64,000 nt of DNA from Cyanobacteriota bacterium (GTDB lineage: Bacteria; Cyanobacteriota; Cyanobacteriia; Thermostichales; Thermostichaceae), in contig JANRIL010000038.1 of assembly GCA_033764955.1 (NCBI GenBank), forward strand, positions 117,194 to 181,193. The letters run 5' to 3'. Made by a program: the position numbers and the translations under genes. Below, piece after piece: positions 39,739 to 49,152 of the stretch. Numbering within the stretch: the first letter of the stretch is position 1; every line of letters starts with the position of its first letter. The notes under the pieces are model-generated. The model made no database searches and was not told the origin of the DNA. It was given only the letters and a program-made list of their open reading frames with translations.

Positions 39739-39776
39739 GCTGTTTCGCCTCTAAACGAGAGTAGCTCCGGTGATGA

Positions 39777-39913
39777 GGCGCGTTCCTTCGGGAGGGATCC
39801 CTACTTCCGTTCTTGCGACTGATGACAAACTGGTGGGTGGATGAATCCTGAGGGAGTGAATTGAGGAGGCAGACACCAAACACGAGCAATCTTTCAGAGC
39901 AAGAATGAACGAT
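39777..39913 (-). ncRNA. Glutamine riboswitch (glnA RNA motif)
   Basis: ATCGTTCA-TTCTTGC-[82 nt]-GCAAGAA-CGGAAGTA-GGGATCCCTCCC-GAAGGAACGCGCC: P1 CGTTC/GAACG, P2, E-loop AGTA/GAA and P3. Confidence 0.88.
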
Positions 39914-39926
39914 TTGTCCTATATCT

Positions 39927-39957
39927 GTATCATAAGCTACGGTTTTTGGAATGACAA
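39927..39957 (-). promoter_or_regulatory. sigma70 promoter with NtcA site overlapping the -10 box
   Basis: TTGTCA-N17-TATGAT; GTA-GCTTATGA-TAC at 39927-39940 covers the -10 box. Confidence 0.8.
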
Positions 39958-40006
39958 GAGGGATCCCTGGTATTTTTCTGGATTATGGGGGGGGATGGGG
40001 GATCCA

Positions 40007-41083
40007 CTATATCCGGACAGGCTGAGGACTCACTTGCAAAATCTCTTGCAGGTTATCGAGGGTGCGTTGGTTTTCGCTGGGGGTGCCTATCGTTAGCCGG
40101 ATGCCTCCTCCCGTGTGACGCACACAGGTTCCTTTGGCGAGCCATTGCTGTTGCAGTCGGACGGGATCCCATCCTTCGACTTGCATAAATAGAAAGTTAG
40201 CCACCCCAGGCCAGACTTTTACGGACGGGATCTCTGAAAGCGCCGCCCAAAGCTTTTCCCGCTCCTGTTGAATCATGGGTAAATCCGCTAACAATTCACT
40301 GGCGTGTTCGAGAGCCAGTTGCACCGCCCACTGGGAAAACATAGGCAAGTTGTAGGGAAGCCGAATGGCTTCGAGAGCCTGAATCACCTGGGGATGGGCA
40401 ATAGCATAGCCAACCCGATGGGTAGCTAGGCGAAAAGCCTTAGAAAAAGTTCGCAGGATGATCCAGTTGGGATGGTTAGCTAAGGCAGTGACGGCGGTTT
40501 TCCCGACAAATTCAAAGTAGGCTTCGTCGATCAAAACCGCCACATCCAGAGGCAGCGACTCGATCCAATCCCACTCCTCTGCCGTGATCGGGTTGCCTGT
40601 GGGAGAGTTGGGATCCACCACACACACCATGCGAATCGATTCCTGTTGCATCGCCTTTTGACAGATGGGCAGATCCATCGCCATCGTGCTGGTTTGGCGC
40701 GGAACCGTCTTGACCGGGATCCCCAGGGTGCTAGCTAGGATCCCATACATGGCAAAAGTAGGGCTAGCAACCAAAATCCCCCCCCGATCCTCCAAACAGG
40801 TCAAAATCAGCAGGGAGCGAATTAGCTCATCGGAACCGTTGCCAATGCTGATCTGATCCGCCTGTACTCCGGTATAGGTGGCAATCGCCTGCTTGAGACT
40901 GCGGTGGTTGGCATCGGGATAGCGATTGCTGGGGATGCCTTTTTCCCAGAGCAAGGAGAGTTTTTTCTTAAACCACTCCGGCAAGTCGAGGGGAAATTCA
41001 TTGGCATCCAGTTTGTCTGCCGATTGAGGAATCACAGCATCGTAGGGGGTAATTCCCAGCAAAGAAGGACGGAGAAACAGCAT
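40007..41083 (-). CDS. hisC: Histidinol-phosphate aminotransferase
   Basis: KLDANE, NRYPD, GNGSDELI, PNSPTG, DEAYFEF, RTFSKAF. Confidence 0.93.
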   Translation of the reverse strand: MLFLRPSLLGITPYDAVIPQSADKLDANEFPLDLPEWFKKKLSLLWEKGIPSNRYPDANHRSLKQAIATYTGVQADQISIGNGSDELIRSLLILTCLEDRGGILVASPTFAMYGILASTLGIPVKTVPRQTSTMAMDLPICQKAMQQESIRMVCVVDPNSPTGNPITAEEWDWIESLPLDVAVLIDEAYFEFVGKTAVTALANHPNWIILRTFSKAFRLATHRVGYAIAHPQVIQALEAIRLPYNLPMFSQWAVQLALEHASELLADLPMIQQEREKLWAALSEIPSVKVWPGVANFLFMQVEGWDPVRLQQQWLAKGTCVRHTGGGIRLTIGTPSENQRTLDNLQEILQVSPQPVRI

Positions 41084-41134
41084 CCCGAAGGTTGGTGAAA
41101 AGTTTTAGGTTTTGATCTTACCAGCTAGCCCACG

Positions 41135-42280
41135 CTAGGGATTGGTGGGAGTAATAAATCGTCCAGGTAGAGGATCCGTATCGGAGGCAGGGGTTGGAAT
41201 CAGCAAGGGATCCGGCGACGGCGAGATCGTCGAACGTTGGGAGGGACTGGGCTGAGGAGATGGGGTAGCCAGTGAGGGGATCGGCGTGGGACTGGGCTGA
41301 ACCACTTCTGGAGAAGGGCTAGCGGGGGTCAAGGGAGGAGTGACCAACGGCAACGGAGCTTCCTCAACAGCGGTGGCCGCCGATTTCTTCCCAAACTGAG
41401 CTAGGGCTAAAGCCGCCTCGCCACGAGTGACGGGATAAGTGGCATGAAACAGGCGAATCGGACCAAAGGTACGCAGCAGAGTGGAGTGATCTCCCAACGT
41501 GCGATCCGCCACAATCGAGGGGACAGCCTCCAGTGGAATGGAGGCGGTATCGGTAAATCCCCACTGCTCCTGAATATCGCTGACGGATCCGGCAATTTTT
41601 CCTGGCGGTAAGTCGAGGGGCACTTTTAGGCGGATCAGTTCTGCCCGTGAGAGCAAACTTTCCGGTCGAAATTCCTGGTTGGCATCCCCCTCGATCAATC
41701 CAGCCAATCCGAGGGCTTGAATGTAGAGAAAATGAGGATGCTCGTCGGTCACATCCAAAAAGATAGGGCGCTCTGTTAGGGATCCCAAACGGATCTGACG
41801 GCTGGGTTGATCCCAGTGAATGGCATTATTTGCCACCACTAACCAACGGGCAAACTCACCCCGCTTGACACTGCGACTGGGGTCAAAGGTAGCACCTGGG
41901 ATATCAACAAATACGCCCAACCCATCCAGAGCACGAATCGCCCCCTGGGTGAAGGGATCCGGCACATCCGTAAAGCGGCTGTTAGGGGGGGGAGAGGGAA
42001 CGGGGGAGGGGGAACTGGCCGAAGGAGTGGGGGCAGGGGAGGAGTTGGCAAGGGGCAGAGGAGCAGAGGGGCGAGGGAGCGGGGAAGAAGAATTAGCTGA
42101 TGGGGATCCCCCTGGCGAAGGGGTAGAGGCAGGAGTGGCTTGCAACCATCGACTCAGATCATTGCCCCACTGGGATCCCTGACAGGCCACAGTAGCTAGG
42201 CTACAGCCCACCAACAGAAGGAGACGGCCACGGGCTAGCAAATAGGGAAGAGGAGGGAGGATCGGGCAGTGCCGCTTCAT
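41135..42280 (-). CDS. S-layer homology (SLH) domain lipoprotein with Pro/Ser-rich linkers
   Basis: Lipobox TVAC; FTDV..F.P.RSVKRGEF, FRPESLLSRAE, PVTRGEAA repeats. Confidence 0.85.
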   Translation of the reverse strand: MKRHCPILPPLPYLLARGRLLLLVGCSLATVACQGSQWGNDLSRWLQATPASTPSPGGSPSANSSSPLPRPSAPLPLANSSPAPTPSASSPSPVPSPPPNSRFTDVPDPFTQGAIRALDGLGVFVDIPGATFDPSRSVKRGEFARWLVVANNAIHWDQPSRQIRLGSLTERPIFLDVTDEHPHFLYIQALGLAGLIEGDANQEFRPESLLSRAELIRLKVPLDLPPGKIAGSVSDIQEQWGFTDTASIPLEAVPSIVADRTLGDHSTLLRTFGPIRLFHATYPVTRGEAALALAQFGKKSAATAVEEAPLPLVTPPLTPASPSPEVVQPSPTPIPSLATPSPQPSPSQRSTISPSPDPLLIPTPASDTDPLPGRFITPTNP

Positions 42281-42299
42281 GGGTGGGGAGGAAAAAAGG

Positions 42300-42605
42300 T
42301 TAATTCCAGGTTTTACCAAAGTCTTCTAAGATATCCAACAAATTGAGGATGCTTTGCATGGGCAGCAGATCCGATAAGGGTAACTCTTTGCGCCCTCCCC
42401 CCAGCTTGATCATCAAGGTTTGCAACACCTGAGTAACAGCGGACTCATCCACCTGTTGAGCCATCACCTGCGGAGCAAGGGCTTCGGCTAGAAGGGTATG
42501 CAGTTTGGCATCTCGCAAATAAAGATGCCATTTAGCCACATCCATATAGACTTCTTCACCAATAGCGGCGGCCAGTTGCTCGATTTGTTGGCTAGTAGGG
42601 GTCAT
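42300..42605 (-). CDS. DUF3181 family protein
   Basis: IEQLAAAIGEEVYMDVAKWHLYL, LGGGRKELPLSDLLP. Confidence 0.85.
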   Translation of the reverse strand: MTPTSQQIEQLAAAIGEEVYMDVAKWHLYLRDAKLHTLLAEALAPQVMAQQVDESAVTQVLQTLMIKLGGGRKELPLSDLLPMQSILNLLDILEDFGKTWN

Positions 42606-42669
42606 GGCAGTTGCTCCATCTGCACTCACAGCATAGCTTGCCCAGACGGTTGGATTGGAGAGGCAAAAG

Positions 42670-43182
42670 CTAGGGTTTAGGGGATCCCTCTGCCGTGGGG
42701 GTGCGGGTGGGGATGACAAATCGCTGTTGCAGTTGTCGCATCACCAAGAGATGTTCGAGAGCCAAGCGATCCCGTTCGGCTTTGAGGTTGCTCACCTCCA
42801 CCTGAATCTGGCGAATTTGATCAGGGGAACTGCTCCAGTTGAGCAACTGCTCGTGCATCTGGGCTTGCTTGTCGTTGATCTGTCGGTTGAGGATGGCTAC
42901 CTCTTGATTAAATTGAGCATCCATACTCTCGGCTAAATCCCCATCGGGTAAAAGGCTGAGGTTAACCAAATCCACCGTTAATTCTGGGGACTGCGGCGGT
43001 TGGGTAGGCCAAAGGGGAAAGAGCAAAAGGAGGGGATCCGTCTCAGGGGAGGAGAGGTCGGTGGGCAGAAGGGGAGAGGCGGTGGGCATAGGCAGCCAGG
43101 GGGAAAGTGTTTGGGCATTGACTTGCCCCCCCATCAGGCAGGTAGCTAGCAGCACACAAAGAGAAGACGGAGGGACACGCAT
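42670..43182 (-). CDS. Secreted Spy/CpxP-like helical protein
   Basis: Signal peptide; Gln-rich helices with PDQIRQIQVEVSNLK...LEHLLVMRQL. Confidence 0.6.
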   Translation of the reverse strand: MRVPPSSLCVLLATCLMGGQVNAQTLSPWLPMPTASPLLPTDLSSPETDPLLLLFPLWPTQPPQSPELTVDLVNLSLLPDGDLAESMDAQFNQEVAILNRQINDKQAQMHEQLLNWSSSPDQIRQIQVEVSNLKAERDRLALEHLLVMRQLQQRFVIPTRTPTAEGSPKP

Positions 43183-43271
43183 GGAGAGATCCTGAAACAA
43201 GGCCGCTATCCAGACAGAAGGTTTTGTCTAGCCTGGGGTCGAGAGGAGATTCCAAGAAAAGGGGGATCCGG

Positions 43272-43853
43272 TTAGTAGGAGGGTTCCTCTACAAACAAAA
43301 TGGCATAGGGATCCCGGCTATCGACAGGTTGCAAGAGGTAGCGCTCGGCTACACGGGTAGAGGCCAAGAGATTAACGGACACTGGCGAATCATCCAGAGA
43401 AACAAGTGGTTCAGGATGGAGCCACTGCCAGCCCATCACCCCGGTTCCTATTACCGCCACCAGACCTACCGCCAGCTTCCCTAGGATGGGAACCAGTTGG
43501 GGAGTTAGACCCTGCCAGGATCGTCGCCAAATCGGGCGCTCCACCTCCTGTAACACCCCGGCGATCAGGGCTTCTAGGTCTTGTTGGCTTTGGCTGGGGC
43601 TAGGCAGCCGATCAAAGCTGGCTTGCAGCATTCGCAGTTGATTGTAGATCTGGCGTGCCTCGGCATCACTAGCTAGCCACGCCTCAATCTGCTTAGCCTG
43701 AGGTGCTGCCAGTTCGCCATCCACATAAGCACTGAGTTGCTCGAAGCGAACTTCAACCGCAGGCAGATCCATAGGATCCGTAGGGGGAGTAGGGGTACCA
43801 GGCATCACCGAATCCGAGGGGTGGCGTTCTGGTTGGGGAACACCGTGCAACAT
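43272..43853 (-). CDS. Membrane-anchored anti-sigma factor
   Basis: FEQLSAYVDGEL...IEAWLASD (zinc-free ASD), single TM; 2 bp after the sigma gene. Confidence 0.85.
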   Translation of the reverse strand: MLHGVPQPERHPSDSVMPGTPTPPTDPMDLPAVEVRFEQLSAYVDGELAAPQAKQIEAWLASDAEARQIYNQLRMLQASFDRLPSPSQSQQDLEALIAGVLQEVERPIWRRSWQGLTPQLVPILGKLAVGLVAVIGTGVMGWQWLHPEPLVSLDDSPVSVNLLASTRVAERYLLQPVDSRDPYAILFVEEPSY

Positions 43854-43855
43854 AG

Positions 43856-44548
43856 TTAATCACCATCTAAATAGGGTTTCAGGGTGGACTGGAGACGAGC
43901 GCGGGCACGGGCAATCCGCGATTTGACGGTTCCTAGAGAGACTCCGGTGCGCTCGGCGATTTCTTCATAGGACATGCCCTGAATTTCTCTGAGAATAATC
44001 GTTTGACGAAATACATCCGGTAGATCTCTGACCGCTTGATGCAGGTGCTCGTAGAACTCTTGGGTAGTGAGATGCTCCTGTGGGTTGGGGGTATCGCTGG
44101 GTAGATCCCACTCAATCTCGCTATCCCGCACTTGAATGGGGGCATCTAAGGAAAGGGGGATCTGGTGGCGCTTGCGTTTGCGTAACTCGTCATAGAACAG
44201 GTTGGTGGCAATTCGTCCCAACCAACTGCGAAACTTGAGGGGTTCTTGCAGGCGGTGCAGATGGCGATAGATGCGAATCCAAACCTCTTGACCTAGGTCA
44301 TGGCGATCATGCCAGTCGGGGGCAAGGTGGTAAAGAATTTTATCGACATGAGCTTGGTGCCGCCGGACTAACTCAGCAAAAATGGTCGGCTGAGGAGGGG
44401 ATCCCTGCTGGCAGGCAATGACCAGTTCTAGATCTGAGAGCTTTTCTGGTCGCACAGATTTATGCAGCAGCCTAAAACTTGTTCGTTCATCAGAAGTATC
44501 CGACCAGGGCAAGGAGGCAGTATAAGTTTCGCTGACAGCAGCATTCAT
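43856..44548 (-). CDS. sigG: ECF sigma factor (cyanobacterial SigG type)
   Basis: LYHLAPDW, QEVWIRIYR, WLGRIATNLFYDELRK, SYEEIAE.TGVSLGTVKSRIARAR. Confidence 0.88.
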   Translation of the reverse strand: MNAAVSETYTASLPWSDTSDERTSFRLLHKSVRPEKLSDLELVIACQQGSPPQPTIFAELVRRHQAHVDKILYHLAPDWHDRHDLGQEVWIRIYRHLHRLQEPLKFRSWLGRIATNLFYDELRKRKRHQIPLSLDAPIQVRDSEIEWDLPSDTPNPQEHLTTQEFYEHLHQAVRDLPDVFRQTIILREIQGMSYEEIAERTGVSLGTVKSRIARARARLQSTLKPYLDGD

Positions 44549-44624
44549 AGGCAACCTAATTTAAGGCAAAATCAGCAGGCATAGTTAGGGATCCCTAAGT
44601 CTTTGGGTCAACCTCATCCCTTTT

Positions 44625-44652
44625 TGAGACGTAGCTTGTTCTGGCAAGTTCC
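44625..44652 (-). promoter_or_regulatory. ECF-type promoter, probably autoregulatory
   Basis: GGAACT-N16-GTCTCA upstream of sigG. Confidence 0.7.
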
Positions 44653-44779
44653 TGATTAAAAGGGAGCAAGAACGCAATAATACTGTCCTTTTCAAGCAGG
44701 TGAGATAGACCTAAGACAGAAGGGTAGGGGTTTTATTTTTAGATCCTCTGTCTCTATGCTTGTTCTATGGATGGAGTCG

Positions 44780-47056
44780 CTAGAGGATTGGCTGCACCGT
44801 ATGAACCAGTAAAACATCCGACAGTTGCCGTAAGCGGCTCACCACCTCCTTAAATTGATGGCTATTTTTCACATCAATGCAAAGCTTGATCAGGGCGGTG
44901 CCGTTAGCATGAGTGGTAACCTGAGCATTGCGAACATTGATATTATTGTCCGACAGACGCTGCAAAATATCTTTGAGAATCCCCACACGATCAATCGTTT
45001 TCAGTCGCAAATTGACGGGATACACCTGTCCACGAGTGCTATCTTCGTCCTCGTTCCAACTCACAGGAATCAACCGATCAGCAGTAACCTTGGCAAGATT
45101 TGGGCAACCGTGGTGGTGAATCGTAATTCCAGGATTGAGTAGGGTGACAACCCCCAAAATCGGATCCCCTGGCAAGGGGTTGCAGCATTTGGCGAGGTGA
45201 TGTTTAAGTCCAGTCAGACCAACAATACTATCGGTAGCCGGAGAAGGGAGAGAGGGGGTAAGACTGAGGCGATTGAGAAAGGCTGTGGGAATAAGGGAGT
45301 CAGATTTGGTGTTCTCTTGCAGCCGATTTGTGACCATCGTCACCGTAATTTCTCCATGCCCCAAGCTGGCAAGCAGATCATCAATAGTGGTGTGGTTGAG
45401 TTTCTCAGCCACCTTAAACATTCGCTCTGATTTAAGGAGTGACTCTAAACCTGTTTTGCCCAGTTCTCGTTCTAAAAGCTGTCGCCCTCGCAAAATATTC
45501 TGTTCTCGATGGGAGCGTTTGTACCACTGGCGAATACGGTTTTTGGCGGTACTGGTGGCAACAAAGTTGATCCAATCTAAGCTGGGATGAGCCTGTTTTT
45601 GGGTAATAATCTGCACAAAGTCCCCCGTTTGCAACGGAGTATCGAGAGGAACCATTTTGTTGTTAACTTTAGCCCCGGCACAGTGATCCCCGACTTTTGA
45701 GTGAATGCGATAAGCAAAATCCACAGGACAGGATCCCTGAGGCAAAGAAATCAGATCCCCTTTTGGGGTAAAAATATAAACCTCACTCTCAAATAGATTT
45801 TCTCGGATCGTGTCTAAGTATTCTTTGTCATCGGTCAGATCATGCTGCCACTCAAGCAACTGCCGCAACCATGTAAATTTTTCCTCATGAGCTTTGACGA
45901 CGGTGCTACCCGATTCCTTGTACTTCCAGTGGGCGGCGATCCCATATTCAGCAACATGGTGCATCGCAAACGTACGAATTTGCACTTCCACAGGCCGACC
46001 ACTGGAGCCGACTACAGCCGTATGGATCGATTGATAAAGATTTCGTTTGGGTAGCCCAATATAGTCTTTGAAGCGGTTGGGAACCGGACGAAATTTCCCA
46101 TGCACAGCCGACAACACCCGATAACAATCCTCATTAGTTTGCACAATCACACGCACGGCTGAGAGATCAAAGATTTCGGCAAATTCTTTCTTTTGCTTTT
46201 GCATCTTGCGATAGATGCCATAAATATGCTTGGGTCGTCCACTAATCTCTGGGTTGTGAATTCCTAGATTATCTAACTCATTTTTGAGAATTCCGATAAA
46301 GCTAAGGATTTCCTCTTCTCGCTCCGTCCGTTTGGCATTAATCAATTCCTGAATACTGCGATAAGCGTCATAATCAAGATACTTAAAGGCAAGATCTTCT
46401 AACTCCCACTTAAAATTCCACATTCCCAACCGATTGGCCAATGGCGCAAAGATATCCATCGTCTCAGCAGAAATCTGTTTTTGCTTTTCTTCGGGCAAAA
46501 ACTGCAAGGTTCGCATATTGTGAAGGCGATCCGCTAACTTCACGACAATCACGCGAATATCTTTTGCCATTGATACAAACATACGGCGAAAATTTTCCGC
46601 CTGCTGTTCTGTCTTGCTGGAAAAGTTAAATTTAGAAAGTTTGGTGACTCCCTCTACTAAAATGCGAACTTCCAAACCAAATTGACGCTCAATATTTTCT
46701 AAAGTGACGTCGGTGTCCTCCACTACGTCGTGCAAAAAGCCTGCTGCTACCGTTACCGCATCGCCCCCAAGGTCTCTGAGTAACCCCGCCACAGCTACCG
46801 GATGGGCAATATAAGGTTCCCCCGATTTACGAACCTGTCTGGCATGAAGGTGATAGGCAAATTCAAAGGCTCGGCAGATCAGATCAATGTCAGCCCGCGT
46901 GTAGCTGCGGGGAGCCGTGTCGGTAAGCCCATCGGGATAGAGGGATCCCTCGGTGGCGGGAGCATGAGGCAGGCTGAGGTAGGTTTTCAACCAGTCTGGA
47001 GGATCAAACTCGGCGGGAGAAACGTGCAAGGGACTCGCCAGTGTTGCCTGAGCCAT
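44780..47056 (-). CDS. rel: Bifunctional (p)ppGpp synthetase/hydrolase RelA/SpoT
   Basis: RKSGEPYIAHP, LHDVVEDT, KLADRLHNMRTL, YQSIHT, EVQIRT; TGS, ZFD (KCCNPLPGD) and ACT domains. Confidence 0.96.
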   Translation of the reverse strand: MAQATLASPLHVSPAEFDPPDWLKTYLSLPHAPATEGSLYPDGLTDTAPRSYTRADIDLICRAFEFAYHLHARQVRKSGEPYIAHPVAVAGLLRDLGGDAVTVAAGFLHDVVEDTDVTLENIERQFGLEVRILVEGVTKLSKFNFSSKTEQQAENFRRMFVSMAKDIRVIVVKLADRLHNMRTLQFLPEEKQKQISAETMDIFAPLANRLGMWNFKWELEDLAFKYLDYDAYRSIQELINAKRTEREEEILSFIGILKNELDNLGIHNPEISGRPKHIYGIYRKMQKQKKEFAEIFDLSAVRVIVQTNEDCYRVLSAVHGKFRPVPNRFKDYIGLPKRNLYQSIHTAVVGSSGRPVEVQIRTFAMHHVAEYGIAAHWKYKESGSTVVKAHEEKFTWLRQLLEWQHDLTDDKEYLDTIRENLFESEVYIFTPKGDLISLPQGSCPVDFAYRIHSKVGDHCAGAKVNNKMVPLDTPLQTGDFVQIITQKQAHPSLDWINFVATSTAKNRIRQWYKRSHREQNILRGRQLLERELGKTGLESLLKSERMFKVAEKLNHTTIDDLLASLGHGEITVTMVTNRLQENTKSDSLIPTAFLNRLSLTPSLPSPATDSIVGLTGLKHHLAKCCNPLPGDPILGVVTLLNPGITIHHHGCPNLAKVTADRLIPVSWNEDEDSTRGQVYPVNLRLKTIDRVGILKDILQRLSDNNINVRNAQVTTHANGTALIKLCIDVKNSHQFKEVVSRLRQLSDVLLVHTVQPIL

Positions 47057-47266
47057 AGGGAGCCTGATATTTAAGATTGTTAATATTTAGTGTATTCATA
47101 AACTAGCGAGTACCGCTACCCCAAACTAAGGATAGGTTATCCTTCCCTAAAGCTTTGCATTTCCGCCAGACGCTCTAGAAGTAAGAAATAGCCCTGAACG
47201 GCCTTCTTCCTGAATCAATCGGGAAATGGAAAGTAGACCATTGAAGCCTTAGCCAGAGAGAAGGAT

Positions 47267-47497
47267 TTAGTCTTCTTGCCAGTCTTCGCAATTGCCAATC
47301 AGGTCGCAGATCGCGTCGGAGGAACAGTAGTCCTGCATTTCTAATTCTTCGATAATGGCCGCCCATTCCCGTTGGGGGAAGAAGGGTTGAAGATGGCCGA
47401 TGGCCTCAGAACGACGAACAATGCCAGAGTGAACCAGTCGTTTGGCTTCATCTTGGATAGCTTCGACGCCGTAGCGGGTGGGGGATAAAGTAGGCAT
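47267..47497 (-). CDS. DUF4327 family protein
   Basis: IQDEAKRLV..G.V.R...P.REW..I.EELE..D....D.I.DLIG..DW.ED. Confidence 0.8.
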   Translation of the reverse strand: MPTLSPTRYGVEAIQDEAKRLVHSGIVRRSEAIGHLQPFFPQREWAAIIEELEMQDYCSSDAICDLIGNCEDWQED

Positions 47498-47781
47498 CCC
47501 AATAACCTCTGGGTGGTTGAATGAAGGGGCGAGAACAGTGTGGGGCAGGAATTCGACTAGCAAAGGATCCCTGGGTGGGGTTGGCTCAAAAGCGTCTGGT
47601 CTGAGCAGGATTTACCCATGAGGGGCGCTGCGTAGCGATGGAGGGTTTCAAGCGGGTCAAGGGTGCTATGAATCAGAAAAGACGGATTCTCTGGAGCTTT
47701 GGACGGGTTGCTCAAAGGGAACTCGTGAGTCAGAGATAGCCCATAGCCCTGCACTAACATCTTAAGCGAAAACAATAATTC

Positions 47782-47795
47782 GTAGCAACTGTTAC
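47782..47795. promoter_or_regulatory. Candidate NtcA site in divergent intergenic region
   Basis: GTA-GCAACTGT-TAC with inner CA/TG symmetry. Confidence 0.5.
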
Positions 47796-47964
47796 AGTTA
47801 AAGGCAAGATTAAGAAAATCTCCCACCCTCTCCGTAAAGGGGAAATTCGGGATCCCTGCTGTTTTGGCTGAGGTTGGTGGAGGATAGGCAGGCGGCGGTT
47901 GGTTTTAGGACAGACTGTTTTGGGGCAGAATGCAGCAGTAGGTTCACGTATTGAGTGTTGTGGA

Positions 47965-49011
47965 ATGAGTCACGGGTTGTTGGCACCTCTCACCCGATAT
48001 CGCTGGCTTTACCTCCCCTTGGTCTGGCTGGGATTGGCTTTGCTGCTGATTGGTGGGTTGATTGTGTTGGTGGGAGCCAATCCGGTGACAGTGTTGGGTA
48101 GTTTGCTGCGGGGGGCTGTGGGCACTCCGGATCAGGTGGGGCGGGTGATCGCCACATTGGCTCCGTTATTGTTGTGTTGTAGCGGGTTGGTTTATACCTT
48201 TGCGGCGGGGCTGTATAACCTGGGGATTGAGGGGCAGATCACTCTGGGAGCTGTAGCGGCCACCGGAGCCTTGCGCCTCTTGCCGACATCCCTCCCTGCC
48301 GAGTGGCTGGTGGGGCTGGCCTTGCTGGCGGGGGTGGGGGGTGGGATCTTGTGGGGGGGATTAGCGGCAGCTTTACATATCTATGGTCGGATTAGTGAAA
48401 TTTTTGCGGGATTAGGACTCAACTTTGTCGGGCAGGGGTTAGTGCTTTATCTGATCTTTGGGCCTTGGCAACGGCAGGGGATCGCCTCGATGAGTGGCAC
48501 GGAGTTGATTGATCCGGCAGTACGCCTAAGCACTTGGGGACAAACGGAAGCCAGTCCTTTGGCGTTGGCGTTAGGGATCCTAGCGCTCCTGGTCACGATG
48601 GCAGTTCTCCGCACTACCTATCTGGGTCTGGAGCTACGGGCAATTGGACAAAACCCACGGGCGGCTTTTGTCTTGGGGATCCCGGCAACCGAACGCCTGT
48701 TTAGTGCCTTTTATCTCTGTGGAGGGCTAGCCGGATTAGCGGGAGCGATGCAGGTGTTGGCGGTCTTTCATCGGTTAATCCCTAACATTTCTAGCAATTT
48801 GGGTTTTTTGGGGCTACTCGTAGTGATGTTGGTTGGGTTTAATCCCCTCTTTGTCTTGCCCGTGGCTATTTTTTTTAGTGTCTTAAATGTCGGCAGTTTG
48901 CAATTACCGTTGGCTTTGCAGTTGGAATCTTCGCTAGCAGGGGTCATCCAAGGGACGTTAGTGCTTTTGGTTTTGTTGAGCCGAGGCTGGGCAGAACGGC
49001 GGACTCGCTAG
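47965..49011 (+). CDS. ABC transporter permease (nucleoside/sugar CUT2 type)
   Basis: AGLYNLGIEGQ, ISEIFAGLGLN, GLELRAIGQNPRAAFVLGI, GGLAGLAG. Confidence 0.88.
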   Translation: MSHGLLAPLTRYRWLYLPLVWLGLALLLIGGLIVLVGANPVTVLGSLLRGAVGTPDQVGRVIATLAPLLLCCSGLVYTFAAGLYNLGIEGQITLGAVAATGALRLLPTSLPAEWLVGLALLAGVGGGILWGGLAAALHIYGRISEIFAGLGLNFVGQGLVLYLIFGPWQRQGIASMSGTELIDPAVRLSTWGQTEASPLALALGILALLVTMAVLRTTYLGLELRAIGQNPRAAFVLGIPATERLFSAFYLCGGLAGLAGAMQVLAVFHRLIPNISSNLGFLGLLVVMLVGFNPLFVLPVAIFFSVLNVGSLQLPLALQLESSLAGVIQGTLVLLVLLSRGWAERRTR

Positions 49012-49152
49012 GGATCCCTGAGGCTTCCAGATGGATTCCTTAGACAACTTTGGGGGAAAATACCCTCAGGTCAGACGGGTAGTGGTTTACTGAAGACTAC
49101 GCTGTCAAACAACCCAACATAGCCTCTACTTTGGTTAGGAAGGTTTATTTCT

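Noticed and set aside
39548..39889. 113-aa minus-strand ORF in the track
   Set aside because: It runs through the riboswitch and overlaps the better-supported DUF4278 ORF in another frame
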